Assembly: GCA_963806535.1 (NCBI GenBank)
Contig: CAWDYC010000004.1
Span: 1-64,000, forward strand
Length of the DNA stretch: 64,000 nucleotides
Reading direction: 5' to 3'
From: Candidatus Bathyarchaeota archaeon
GTDB lineage: Archaea; Thermoproteota; Bathyarchaeia; Bathyarchaeales; Bathycorpusculaceae
Shown here: piece by piece, positions 1 to 11,751 of the stretch
Layout of the letters: every line of letters starts with the position of its first letter
How positions within the stretch are numbered: position 1 is the stretch's first letter
Notes under the pieces: generated by a model
The model's database searches: none
What the model saw: the letters and a program-made list of their open reading frames with translations, nothing else
Told to the model about the DNA's origin: nothing
Position numbers and translations under genes: made by a program

Positions 1-58
1 TTTACTGTATACAATAAGGACAAACAGGCTTGGACTTAACTTCTTTCAGTGAATACTC

Positions 59-121
59 GGAACCGGGAACAGGAGCTTAACTCAAGAGCAAGGGGAGATG
101 TCACAACCAATATCCCTTTTT
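59..121. repeat. Degenerate tRNA-end-like sequence plus conserved arm (GGAGATGTCAC...CCCTTTTT), same family as the arms at 36449, 37204, 41414 and 52033
   Basis: GGGGAGATGTCACAACCAATATCCCTTTTT aligns with GTGGAGATGTCACCAGCAATTCCCCTTTTTT (41445-41475) with the same 29-nt spacing. Confidence 0.55.
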
Positions 122-339
122 CTTTTTCCTAGAACAAGGCAAGAAGAGAAGTGCCCATAAGAACGGCGGTAATTGCTGAAATATAGCCCAGTTTTGTTTT
201 TTCATAAAGGTTGTCTTCGCAAACACTTTATTCGCGGCGTCGCCTTCTTTCTTCCCAATCAAAATCAAGAGACAAATTATCGCAGAGCTAACAAGAACAG
301 TGTGTAGCGTATTTTGAAGCTAGGCACACATTAAAATGG

Positions 340-910
340 TTACGCCGAACTCTTGGTGCACCTACGTCCGTTCGCCTCTTCCAGCGTTTCCTTTGCCGCT
401 TTGTTAATTTCCTCGGCAAGTTCTTTTTCGGAAATACCCTCATTGTAGATTTCACTGATTTCTATGTATTTGTCGAAAGCAATATCCATCCCATTAAATG
501 GAAGGGTGTTTACCCTTAACGAGTCGATATTGTTTCCTTCAACCACCGCTTCCTTCCAAGCGTTTCTCCGAAAAAGATGCATGAATCAGACCAAAACGGG
601 TATTTCATGAATAATGGCGTATTCGATTTCTCTGGCGGTTCCGCTATCCCATATCAAGCCCGGTATACGCTACAACTATATCCGATTTTTTCACGAATTC
701 TAAACACGTTTCCCTAATCAAGCCAGCTTTCCCATAGAGTAGGGGGCGGGACGGTGACTTCTTAATGGCATTTGACACAAGTTTTGTCGGATAGTGGACA
801 GCCCAATGAAAGTCTTTTTTCAGTATCTTTATTGTTTTTAAATCAAAATGCCTCAAGGTTGATACGAAACACCTTGCACCAGCCCAGTAAATTGTAGTTT
901 TCTTGTTCAT
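340..910 (-). CDS. Nucleoside 2-deoxyribosyltransferase (NDT/Rcl-like) family protein, frameshifted; may extend to a stop at 228
   Basis: N-terminal IYWAG and SDIVVA; after a frameshift near 650 it reads DSGTAREIEYAIIHEIPV, the NDT DxGTxxE signature. Confidence 0.7.
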
Positions 911-1126
911 GAGTGGATTTTCACTATCATTTAAATGAGCTGCAAAAAAGTTAAATCTTCCGAAATGTCGCTTTTAAAAAGCCTGTTCAGAAGCTGTTCT
1001 GATGCTATCTCCTATTAAAGAATACAATCGAGCTAATATCAGACCGATTTAAGATATTACTGTTTGATTGAAATTGGCTCTTAGCCAAAGCCATTTATAA
1101 AACTTACGGCTCATTGACTTGGAGAG

Positions 1127-3659
1127 TTGGAGAGCACAATCGTGGGGAATCAAATAGTGAAGAAATCAATACTGGAGAAAGTCAAAGCCAATGGCGGAGA
1201 ATATATCGTAATCAAACGCATGGAAAAAGAAGACTCAGATGAAGGGACAGTCTACAAAGCGGTCTATCGCGACACGATACCATGCGCCCTTAAAGAAATA
1301 AAAGTTGATAAACTAGAACGAGATCAAATTGTGGGGCCATTAATAAGCGAAGTCAAGTTGCTTTCTTTACTTAAACACACAAATCTTGTTAGAATTATTG
1401 ACTATGGGGACGGGCTACCGCAAAGGAAAAAAGAAGTTTCAGAAGAGGCTCCTAAAGATGAACCAATTTGTCACAATATTCTTACTGAAAGCATCCCCTA
1501 TATAGCAATGGATTATGTAGATGGCTGCACCTTAGACAAGGCGATAGAAAACTCAGATTTTTGTAACCCTGTTTTCTTGGAGAATCTATCCAAATGGCTG
1601 CAACAGATTGCCAAAGTCATTTCGTATCTTCATGAACGGGGCATTTTACATATGGACATAAAACCTGATAACGTACTGATTGAATGCACGACAAATAACG
1701 CTGTACTCATTGATCTGGGCGATGCAATAATAGCGGACATTAACCGTTTCAGCAAGTACTTTCGAGCCGAGAGCGTGGACCGACAGCTGATGACAAAATA
1801 CGCGTATTTTTCGATCCAAAATATGCCTGGAAGGAAATCCTGCCCATGAGAGGCGGTTTCTTCAAGCGCTCCGAAATTAGTGAGCGTCTATTTCCTAGGA
1901 AAGATATGGAATCGTTTGGGAAGTTAGTTCGAGAAATTCACACCAAAATTAAGCTTTGGGATATTAAAACCCCGAAAATAATTAATTCTGAAATCGTACG
2001 AGGCTTAGATGAAATAGCACGTAGACTTGAATCTGGTCATTATGTGAATGATTCGAAAGAAGAAGGTGATGTCGCAGCATATTTTGCTTGTAAAGATATA
2101 AGTAACATAAACCCTCGGAATCTTCAACCCTTCGACATCCCCGAACTTTCAGACTTTGGTGATGGTCTATTTGTCCAGCTTGCGGAAGATTCCATTTGGG
2201 TCCCAAAGAGACTTGCAGTAATTATTGACCATCCTTTCTTCCAACGTTTAAGAAATATTTCGCAACTCGATTATGTGCCATTAATCTATCCAGATGGTCA
2301 GCACAACAGGTTTTCTCATTCTTGTCACACATATTCTTTGGTTAAACGAGCGCTACTTAGTCTCCTTTCAGATGTTACTTTCAGGCTCAGTGTCAACGTT
2401 AGCGACATTCAAGGCGCATTATTATACGCACTTCTACATGATATTGGACATTACCCGCTTTCTCATATGTTTGAAGACATAAGAGATTTTGGAGGGAGTC
2501 TTACTGACCGGATAGTAAGTGACGAAGACTTGTTTAAGCCAATGATAGAAGGTGGCGACAGCAGCCCTGTGGGCGAAGTCATAAGTGCAAAGCTCGCTCA
2601 ACGTGAAGGTCTTAAATCGATAAAAGATTTAATCATTGAGCTCTATGGCACGCAAACCCTTGATGCTATGTACAGCATTTGGACAAGTGTTATGGAAAAT
2701 CAAGCGAAGAAATCAATTCATTGGGTTCTTGCAGGATTGATGTCTTCACCTATTGACGTTGACAAGATATCCTACTTAAAAGAAGATAGCATCATGACCG
2801 GAGTTGATTATGGAAGAGGTATCGACATACAGGGGTATTTGTACAATTTGAAGATGCCCCCGTTAGACTTAGATCCTCGAAAAACAACTCACCCTGTATT
2901 AGCGTTGAGGGATAAGGGCTACGCTGCTGCCGAGTCAATTATTATGGCAAGGTATTGGATGCTGTTCTAAGAGTATATTGGCATCATAAGAACCGTATGT
3001 GTATGAGCGGTTTCAAATTTGTCCTACATTCTCTTTCTCTGGCAAAGCTCCTCTTAAAATTCAGCGAGTATTTTAGCCAGGTCTTTTGGGGGACAAAAGA
3101 AACTGGGGCTCAGTACATAATTAATCGATACTTGAAGTTGTTCTTATGTCAATCCTCTTGAACGTATTATGGAAGGTGAACGTCCGAAATACAAGAGATT
3201 CTATGTTGTTTCGAGCAACAAAGACGAAGTCATTTTCAACTATTTGCTCAGATTAATGAATCATTACTTGTCGAAATAATCAGAAACAAAATTGCAGACT
3301 TCATTAACGCGAAAGGAACCCAACTTCAGGGTAGGCAAAGACTATTTGGACTCAGTTGACGATGTTGGTGGGAAGCTCTCAATTAAACGAGGGTGTTTTA
3401 CAATCGACATTCCCCGTAATGATAGAGACCGCTTAAGCCTAGAACAATATTCGTAATCTTAATGAAGGAAGTGGTGATGTTGAAACTTCTCCGTTCCTCG
3501 CCCCTGTTCAGTAAACTGGGCGATGAAGCCCTCATTCAAATAAAGAAATGTCGCATATTTGTCCATCCCAAATTGTTTGAGTTTTTCGAGGAAAACTGTT
3601 TGGTAGATGAAATACGTGAAATAGTGAAGTCTCAATTAAGATCTTCAGCCAAACCGTAG
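1127..3659 (+). CDS. Ser/Thr protein kinase fused to a SAMHD1-like HD phosphohydrolase (several frameshifts)
   Basis: Kinase motifs CALKE, SEVKLL, HMDIKPDN, DLG; one extra T in the T-run near 1810 joins the ORFs via DPKYAWKE...KDMESFG; HD motifs FQRLRNISQL, HNRFSHS, LLHDIGHYPLSH, DVDKISYL. Confidence 0.75.
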
Positions 3660-3774
3660 AGAGAGCGCTTAAAGCTTTTCCGAAAACGCAAATAGGATTT
3701 GTTAAAAGCTGAGGATAGGAATTGTACCTTTGTCAGTTGCAGACGTGTCCCTCAAAACTCTCCTTTTTCTATGT

Positions 3775-4001
3775 CTATGAGCTTGCAGAACCAGGATTTG
3801 TATTTAACTTCTCTTTCTGATAATAGTTACAGTTTAGACATTTCCATTCTACTATCGTATAGTTTTGTGCAGTTTGAGGAATACCAAGTCAATTCTAGCA
3901 GTTCCAGGCTCTGCTTTCGTCATTTCTGCAGACGATGATAAAATCCATCTTGTTCCTATAGTAACCATTGCTACTTTTCTACATACCGGGCATTCTTTCA
4001 T
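3775..4001 (-). CDS. Small Zn-ribbon protein (CxxC...CxxC), frameshifted
   Basis: Reads MKECPVCRK...WKCLNCNYYQKE when two indels are allowed. Confidence 0.45.
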
Positions 4002-4071
4002 GTTTAATGCTCTTACGTGGCTATTAAAAAAGTTTTAAACACCACCACATAATAATTCTAATTGGTATCAA

Positions 4072-4809
4072 ATGACAAGCGTTGTAACTTTACTGTGTCC
4101 AGGAGGGATAGTTGTTGCAGCAGATATGCGTCAAATCGAGTTTTACGATTACTGGCTTGAAATAGACCCAATAGTGACAGATGGAATAAAGAAGTTTACA
4201 GAGTGAAGAGAAAGGCAAATATTGCTATTGCATGCTGGGACTAGCAGAAATTTCCATTACTGCTGCTCAAAAAACAGGCATAATGAAATTTTTGGAAGAT
4301 TTTGATACAGATAGCCTAGTAGCCGGGGATACGGTAGATACAATAGCTGAGAAACTAAAAACAGAGTTACAGAGTCTAACGATACCCATTACTAGACCAA
4401 TGGGGTGCCATGTTGTTGGCTTCATGGATGAAGGTTTGTCAAGAAAACCTAAGCTGAGACACGTCTTCCATGAAGAATGGAATGATGCTGGAGAATTTAC
4501 CAATGAAGATAGCCATTCAGAGTATTATCCCCATATGGTAACAAAACTATCTTAAGAATAACAAAAGACTATCCAGTGCTTTTTAATGGAGACTCATTGG
4601 TTGCAAATTTGTTGTTCAATTATGCTAGGAAAATTGAGCCGTATTATGATATTGTCCCTCACAAGCTTACATTGAATGATTGCGAAAAACTGGCTACTAT
4701 GATTATTGGAACATCAACTCAGAGACTTGATTACTTTTTCGATTTGAGGAAACTCACAAGAATGCGAAGAGCAGTTGGTGGTGGAATAAGCTCAGCTGAA
4801 ATTACCTAG
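4072..4809 (+). CDS. Proteasome-beta/HslV-like Ntn-hydrolase, frameshifted
   Basis: MTSVVTLLCPGGIVVAAD puts Thr1 and Asp17 exactly; KK at the Lys33-like position, IAIACWG, C-terminal VGGGI. Confidence 0.65.
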
Positions 4810-5140
4810 AGACAATTTTGAATGGAAACGTAGTAAGTGAGCGCCGGAAAAGAAGGGGACAATAAGCTGTGGATTCATCCAAAGAGCTCGGGATGGAATT
4901 TGATGCATAACAGCACCTTAGGCTATTGCCAAACCATTTTGTTATACCGATAATCAATTTTTAGGCAATTTTGTTAAATGGATTAGTATTTTAGATGTTT
5001 AAAAGGCTGAAGTTTTTTGGGGTAAGGTGATTGGGGGTTTGCCCCTTTCCCTTGAACTACAATTCTTTCCATCTTTCTCAAGGGCTTGTTTTGCATATAA
5101 GGGATATTTCGATTCTCGTAATATATCCTGTTGTACACAA

Positions 5141-5416
5141 CTACAGTAACTGCAAAAGCTGTTCTGCTTGGCTTTTGCTTAGTCCTTTTACAAACAGCTG
5201 CTTCTGCCTTGAGGTGGCGCCTGAGGCAAGCTCAACCTTAACATGCAAAAGTTTGGTAAATTCTTTCAAAATTTCCTTGTTTACTTTGCCCTTCACTGGT
5301 TCCTCGGTTGAGTGGACAACGATTTCGTCGCCGTCAAGCTCAATTTTGAATTTGGGAGAGTTGGGTTTAACAAAAATTGTGATGATTATGCCGTCTTTGG
5401 TTTCGCTGATGCTCAT
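5141..5416 (-). CDS. DUF167 (YggU/UPF0235) protein
   Basis: VKPNS, EPVKGKVN, SGATSRQK motifs; start overlaps the topIB stop. Confidence 0.9.
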   Translation of the reverse strand: MSISETKDGIIITIFVKPNSPKFKIELDGDEIVVHSTEEPVKGKVNKEILKEFTKLLHVKVELASGATSRQKQLFVKGLSKSQAEQLLQLL

Positions 5417-7086
5417 GCAGTTATGCACTCGGCTGCCTGTGCTTTTCCGCTTTGCAGTGCCCAGCTGAACTTGTTGCGCAAGGTTTTGGGATAGAATTTT
5501 TCGATGTCAAACTTTACTTTTTTAGCCCATTTCACGTAAGCTGTCGGGTCAATGTAGGATTTCAGTGATGTGCCCAAGATTGTATTCTTTGGTTAGCTTT
5601 GTTAGTTCCAAGTCAAGCTTAGCCCGCTTTATTCGAGTTTCTAAGTGATTCGGTTTTTTTGCCAGCCGCCTTCTTTCACAACAAGCTGTTGCTCAAGCGA
5701 TTTGATGTTGGCTTCTTTCTTCTCTAAGCGTTGGTCAAAGGTCGGCGGAACTTTACGTTTGTGATTTGCAACTTCAGCCACCTTGAAATTGGCCATTTTT
5801 GCAGCGTAAACCTTGCAGTAGTCTGGGTCTTCTTTTGTTATTCCGCTTTTCTCTAGTTCTTCTCTGACGGTTTTTGTGCATCTCCACGTGCGGAAAGACC
5901 TTGGCGGTTAATTTGGGCATTTTTTCAGATAGAAAACGGGCGACCATCTTGGAGTCAACGCCTTCAAAAAGGTATTCTTTGCTTGTTTTGGCGTAGTACT
6001 GTAGGTTTCTTATGACTTCGGGTGGTGCTGGGATGTCTTTTACCCATCTGACGCTGTCTTTGCCGAGAAAGTCAAAGTGGATAATATTGCCTTCTATCTT
6101 AATATGCTCAGCTCTGAGCGTAATAGCGCCTACAGTGTCGGCTTCATCTGGGTCTTTTTCGTCGCCGACCCTCATGTTTGGCACCAAAATAAGCCACGCC
6201 ACAGTTGCAGTTTTTCGCCTTAAATCATCTTTATCATTAAGATTTCGGAGAATATGCTGTTCAATTGTTTTGATTTGTTTGCCTAATGTTTCAGCTTTAA
6301 AAAACTTTTCTTTCTCGCGATTTTGCTTGAGAAATGCTGTGTCGCTGAACCAGACGTATTTGATTTTGCCTGTTAGCTTGTCTTCCCATTTGGCAACATA
6401 CATTTTGTTCGGTTCCCAAACTATATCCTTCCAGTTTCCAGCTGGTCTTGGAACTAAGAGTTTGCCTTTTTCGTCTTTAGGTAAATTAAGAATAATGTCT
6501 GATTCACTTGGGCCATCTTTCCATTTACCACGTTGCGGATGATCTCCACGACCAGCAAAAAGGCATGATGGCTCGGATGTCCAGTTGGCAATCTCCAAGT
6601 TTTTGTCCATCAACATCTGCGTAGCCATATTTTTCTTTGAATTCTAGGCGTTTGACTTTGCGTTCTTCAGCCTGCTGTTTTTTCACTTCTTTGGTAAGAG
6701 CTTCTTTTTTGGCTTTTTCGCTTTCAATGAAGTTGCAGATTTGTGAGAAGTCAATTTCTTGGTTTGCTGGCTGGCTGCCGTTGTTTGGAGTTGCTGGCGG
6801 ATGCTCAATATTGTTTAGGTAATTTGAAGTAAAACTGTTAAGAAATGTGGCTGAAGGATTTTCATTTTTGATTTGTTCAGAAATTCTTTCATGAAATTCT
6901 TTTTGAAAAGCTTGGTCTGGCGGAGATACGGTTGATGAGGTTTTTTCTTACCCATGCAACCGCCATCTGCTCGCTTTTAGGCGTCAACTTTATTGTTTGA
7001 CCGTTAATTTTGATGTTGAAGCCTTTGTAATCGTAAACTGGAACAAATATGCCGTTATGTTTTAGACTTTTCATAACATGCTTCAT
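5413..7086 (-). CDS. topIB: DNA topoisomerase IB, eukaryote-like (frameshifted)
   Basis: LKHNG, FAGRGDHPQRGKWK, MRVGDEKD, DTVG, FDFLGKDSVRW, LTAKVF(R), catalytic GTSLKSYIDP. Confidence 0.93.
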
Positions 7087-7240
7087 AATTAAACCTCAAT
7101 TCCATGGCAAAGACTTTGATTCGTTTGTGTCTTGCCAATATTTGTTCGTACATGGTTTTTCTGCTTTTCGGTTTTAAATTTGCTATTTTCCATAACCTTG
7201 CTTCGAAGCTTAAAAAGATATGGCAGAAAAACGGCAAAGT

Positions 7241-7651
7241 TTACTCGAAAAACAGCTTTTTCTGCTTTTTTGAAGCCCGATCATTCTGTAGTTTCTTATA
7301 AACCGCCTCAACATCTTTCCGTTCAACGTAGCCTTTATGCGGTCGGAAACCACCTGAAAAACCGCCTGGAATATGCATGAGTTCATGAATTAATGTTCTT
7401 TCTTTGTCTTCAGGCGTCATTTTGTCAAAGATTTCTGAGATAACTTCAATGGTGTAGGATGCGGGCAGGTTTAGGACTCCTTGCCAAATTTTGCCTAAGC
7501 CGTGAATGCGGGCGATGGTGCGTCGGGCTTTGGAGCCTCTGCTTCTGACACAGAAAACAAATTGTGGCACAACATGGTAAAACTCGCATTCCTCTGCTAA
7601 CTGGTCCACTTGTTTTTTGATTTCTGGAGCCTCAAAATATTTAATCGGCAC
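7241..7651 (-). CDS. Putative metallopeptidase (HExxH)
   Basis: LIHELMHIP motif in an intact 136-aa ORF. Confidence 0.8.
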   Translation of the reverse strand: MPIKYFEAPEIKKQVDQLAEECEFYHVVPQFVFCVRSRGSKARRTIARIHGLGKIWQGVLNLPASYTIEVISEIFDKMTPEDKERTLIHELMHIPGGFSGGFRPHKGYVERKDVEAVYKKLQNDRASKKQKKLFFE

Positions 7652-7699
7652 CCTTTCTCTCTCCCTCAGGGCATTCTATATGAATGTTCCATTTAAAAG

Positions 7700-10324
7700 C
7701 TAAGTGCTTCTTCGCCATATTTTCATAAGTTCAATCCAGAAAGTTGAAACCAACGCTGCAACAATTACTATTGCCCAATCTGTCGGAGTTAAGCTTGTTA
7801 TTTTAAGCGAGCCAGCTATGCCCGCCACGTTTGTTGCCAACAGCAATGTAGCTATTACGATTAGACCCCAAAGCACCATAACCTTGTTTGAAAGAACACC
7901 CAGCTTTGAGAGAGGTTCTTTTTCGGAGCGGAAGTTTAAAGCTAATAGAATGTGGCCTATCATCCATGTGGCGAAAGCTACTGTCTGTGCATGTTGAATG
8001 GCAGCTTGAGGTTGGGTTTTGATACCATGTGAACAGGTATGTTGCTGTTACCGCAGCAAATAAACTAAGCGAACCTAAAACTAAGCTTGTAAGCATACTT
8101 TTGTTCAGGAACTTCTCTTTCGGATCGTTGGGCGGCTTGTTCATGATACCTGCTTCTGCTGGTTCAGCTACAAAGGTGGCTGACGCTGCTAAATCCATGA
8201 ATAACTCAAGCACAATGATTTGAATCGGTGCAAAGGGCAGCGGAATACCCAGTATGATTGGAACAAGGAAAATCGAAACTAAAGCAACTTTGCAGGCGAG
8301 GTAGTAACGGACGCCTTTGCGCAGGTTGCTGTAGAGTTTGCGTCCTTCTTTAACTGCAGTTTCTATGGTGGCAAAATTGTCGTCGGTTAGAATCATGTCG
8401 GCTGTTTCTTTTGCAACGTCGGTTCCGCGGATGCCCATTGCGATGCCAATGTGGGCTTCTTTGAGGGCTGGAGCATCATTTATTCCATCGCCTGTGACAG
8501 CTACGATTTCGCCGTTTTCTTTTAAGAGGTGAACTAACCGCAGTTTATCTTCAGGAGTTACCCGTGCAAAGACAAAGGTGTTTTTTAATGCTTTCTTGAG
8601 GTCTTCATCGGACATTTTTGAGATTTCGTATGCCAGTTAACACGTTGGCGCTGTTTATTCCAACTTGAGAAGCAATGGCTTTGGCGGTTTCCGGGTGGTC
8701 TCCAGTAATCATTACGACTTTTATGCCTGCTTCTTGGCAGGTTTGGATGGCTGCTTTTACTTCTTTTCTTGGCGGGTCAATGAAACCTAAAATGCCGACG
8801 AAGGTAATGTCGCTTTCAAGGTTCTCTCTATCTACTGAATCAGCTTGAAGTCTGTGGTAGCCGAATCCGAGTAGGCGTTCACCAGACTGAGCCATTTGCT
8901 CCACAGACTTTGTTGATTTCATTTCTGCTAGCGACATCGAGCGGGGCTTCTTCACCTTTTAGAAGGATTTTTGTTGAATTAGCCAAGATTCTTTCTGGTG
9001 CACCGCTTGTTAAAACAACTCTTGGAGTTGCCATATTGGTAAATATATGAAGCGAGTTTTCGTTTAACATCAAAGCTTAATTCGTCTTTTAGAATCCAAC
9101 CTTCCGTTGCTTTCTGAAGCATTGATTCCATCTTGTTTGAGCCGTTCAAGAATTGCTTGAGCCATCGGATTGCCCAGAACCATGCTGCTTGATGTGTTTG
9201 CGACGGCGTCGCTGGCTAAAAATGCGGTTCTTAATGCTGCTTTCTCATTTTCCTTAAAATCTTGGCTTCTGTGAATTGCGCCGTCAAAGTAGAGGTGTTC
9301 AAGCCGCATTTTGTTTTCTGTTATCGTGCCTGTTTTATCTGTGGCTATGACTGTGACGTTTCCAAGAGCTTCGGCTGCACGTAACCGTTTCACTATAGCG
9401 CCTTTTTTGGATAAGGCATAACTGCCTACGCCCAAGAACCATGGTGATTATGATTGGTAGTTCTTCAGGGATGACGACGAAAGCCAACGATAACCCGTAA
9501 AGTACGGCTTCGGCTGGATTTGGCTGAACCCCTCTGATGTAGCTTAAAACTGGTATGAGGATGCTGAAGAAAAGTGCAATCCATACTAAGGTTTTGGAGA
9601 GCTGCTTCATCGCCAACTGCAAGGTTGTTTTTGGTTCTTTTGCCGCTTTAGTTATTCCTGCAACTCGTCCAAGCTCACTGTTTATTCCCGTTGACAGTGA
9701 TGAGTGCTTTGGCTCTTCCTCGAGTTATGACGGTTCCGGCGAAGAGCATGTTTGTTTGATCTGTGATTCTGGTTTCAGTCGCCAAAATTGCGTGGCGTCT
9801 TTAGCTACTGGATAGGATTCTCCAGTTAATGAGGACTCATCAACTTCTAAACCAAAAGCTTCAAGGAGTCTCGCATCTGCAGGAACTCTTTGACCTGTCT
9901 TTAAAACTAAAATGTCGCCTGGAACAACAAGGGCTGTCTCAACCTCTTGGAGTTGCCCATTTCTAAGCACCATCGTTGTCGGAGGCGCCAGCTGTTTTAA
10001 CGATGCAATTGAACGTTTAGCCCTGTACTCATTCCATACTTCAGCCAAAACCAAAACGATTATTATCACAATTATGGTCAGAGCATCTGTTAAGCTACCT
10101 AAAATACTGTAAAGAACGCCTATAGCGATTAGCAGAAGAATCATTGGTTCCGTAATTTCTTCGCGCAGGATGCCGAGGAAGCGGATTTCCCTTTGCTGCA
10201 CAAGAACATTTCTTCCGTACTTGTCAAGGCGCTATGCTGCCTCTTGATCCGTTAAGCCCTTCTCAGGATTAACGCCTAATTGCCGAATCAGCTCTTCTGT
10301 GTCTTGTGAATGCCACTGGCTCAT
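7700..10324 (-). CDS. Cation-transporting P-type ATPase (type II-like), frameshifted
   Basis: [36 protein letters not shown] motifs. Confidence 0.92.
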
Positions 10325-10652
10325 TGCAGCACCTAAAGTTGATAAGTTATTAAAGTTGCGAAGGAAATTTGACCTAAAAACGTTGCGTAACCAATCGCTA
10401 ACATTTTAGCCGCTGCCTTGATTTCCTATTTCACTTTTTATGTATTACCGTTCAAGCTTTTCTAAGCATGAAAACAACGATTAACCCAAAAAAGGCTACG
10501 ATTAGACGCCTAAATATTGTGCGCGAAATGAAATAGTCGAATTGTAAGCAATCGCCAAACAGCTTTTTAGCCTTTGCAACCCTTTTTTCTGTTATTATGC
10601 AAAACTTTATAACATCGCCAAACGTTTTGGTTTCTAAAAAGGTAGAATCAAG

Positions 10653-11576
10653 ATGAAATTCGGCACATACATGTTTGAAGCAAAGAAAGTTCCAGGCTTT
10701 GACTTTGACCTTTTCCGCGTTAAACCGGAAGTTGGAAGACGAATGCCACCGCAACCTGATATGTACAGCAACATCGCTATTTTCGGAGACAACGTTACAG
10801 CTCGCAATCATCCAGATTGGATTTCACAGTCAGATTTAGGTCCAGCATGGAGAACAAATGACAACTTTAACGTCCGATGGGACATTCTCTGCGCAACTCA
10901 ACCAGAACATCGCGCAGAACAACTAGATTACATGGAAGACGTAGCAAGAAAAAGCCCAGGTATCTGGCTAAACAGCATCCACTTCGCAGACCACGGACAC
11001 TGCATATGCCCACGTTGCAAAGCACTACACGAAAAAAGCGGCTTAAGCTGGTATGAATGGAGACGAAAAGAAATCACTGATTACATGGCGGCAACAAGCG
11101 AACGCGTACGTGACAGAGCAAAGAGTCAATTTGTCATCGGTGTACTTCCAGACCCAGTTACAAACTATGAACGCTTCGGCGTCAACTTCGACGACTTAGC
11201 ACCACTCACTGATGAATTCCTAGTTGTTATGTTCAGCAAGAACTATGCTACACCTTGGTATTGGGAAATGCTTACCCGCAACTTCAAGAAACTCTTCAAA
11301 GACGTAAAACTAAACATTGCACTCTACGTTATCGGGCCCGGCGACGATCCAAGAGAAACACCAACCCCAAGTGAACTCTTAACAGTTTCAGTTCGTATGG
11401 CAAGAGCAGGCGTAGACGGACTCCTATACTTAACAGACAAAGCTGTACAGATGGTAGAATTCCAGAAAGCAATGATAGCTCAGAAAGATACTCGCGAACG
11501 CCTAAAGAGCTACGGCGGCAAAGCAGGTCAAGAAGTTCTCGACTTAGTTACAAGTTGGGAAAAGATCGTAGAATAA
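10653..11576 (+). CDS. Putative glycoside-hydrolase-like TIM-barrel protein
   Basis: HPDW, CATQPE and HCICPRC pattern typical of GH-like barrels; intact 307-aa ORF. Confidence 0.5.
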   Translation: MKFGTYMFEAKKVPGFDFDLFRVKPEVGRRMPPQPDMYSNIAIFGDNVTARNHPDWISQSDLGPAWRTNDNFNVRWDILCATQPEHRAEQLDYMEDVARKSPGIWLNSIHFADHGHCICPRCKALHEKSGLSWYEWRRKEITDYMAATSERVRDRAKSQFVIGVLPDPVTNYERFGVNFDDLAPLTDEFLVVMFSKNYATPWYWEMLTRNFKKLFKDVKLNIALYVIGPGDDPRETPTPSELLTVSVRMARAGVDGLLYLTDKAVQMVEFQKAMIAQKDTRERLKSYGGKAGQEVLDLVTSWEKIVE

Positions 11577-11751
11577 GCCAAAAAAGATACATTGCACGCA
11601 TGAGTGGCTTAAAACCACCAGGCTGCCCTTTTTATTTAATTCTTTATTATGACGTTACAGTTTATTTCTTATTTTTGAAAATTTCAGATGACCTGAGAAG
11701 ACCTTGAACAAGCTAAAAATAAGAAAAATTGATTGAATCTCTCTAAATGTT

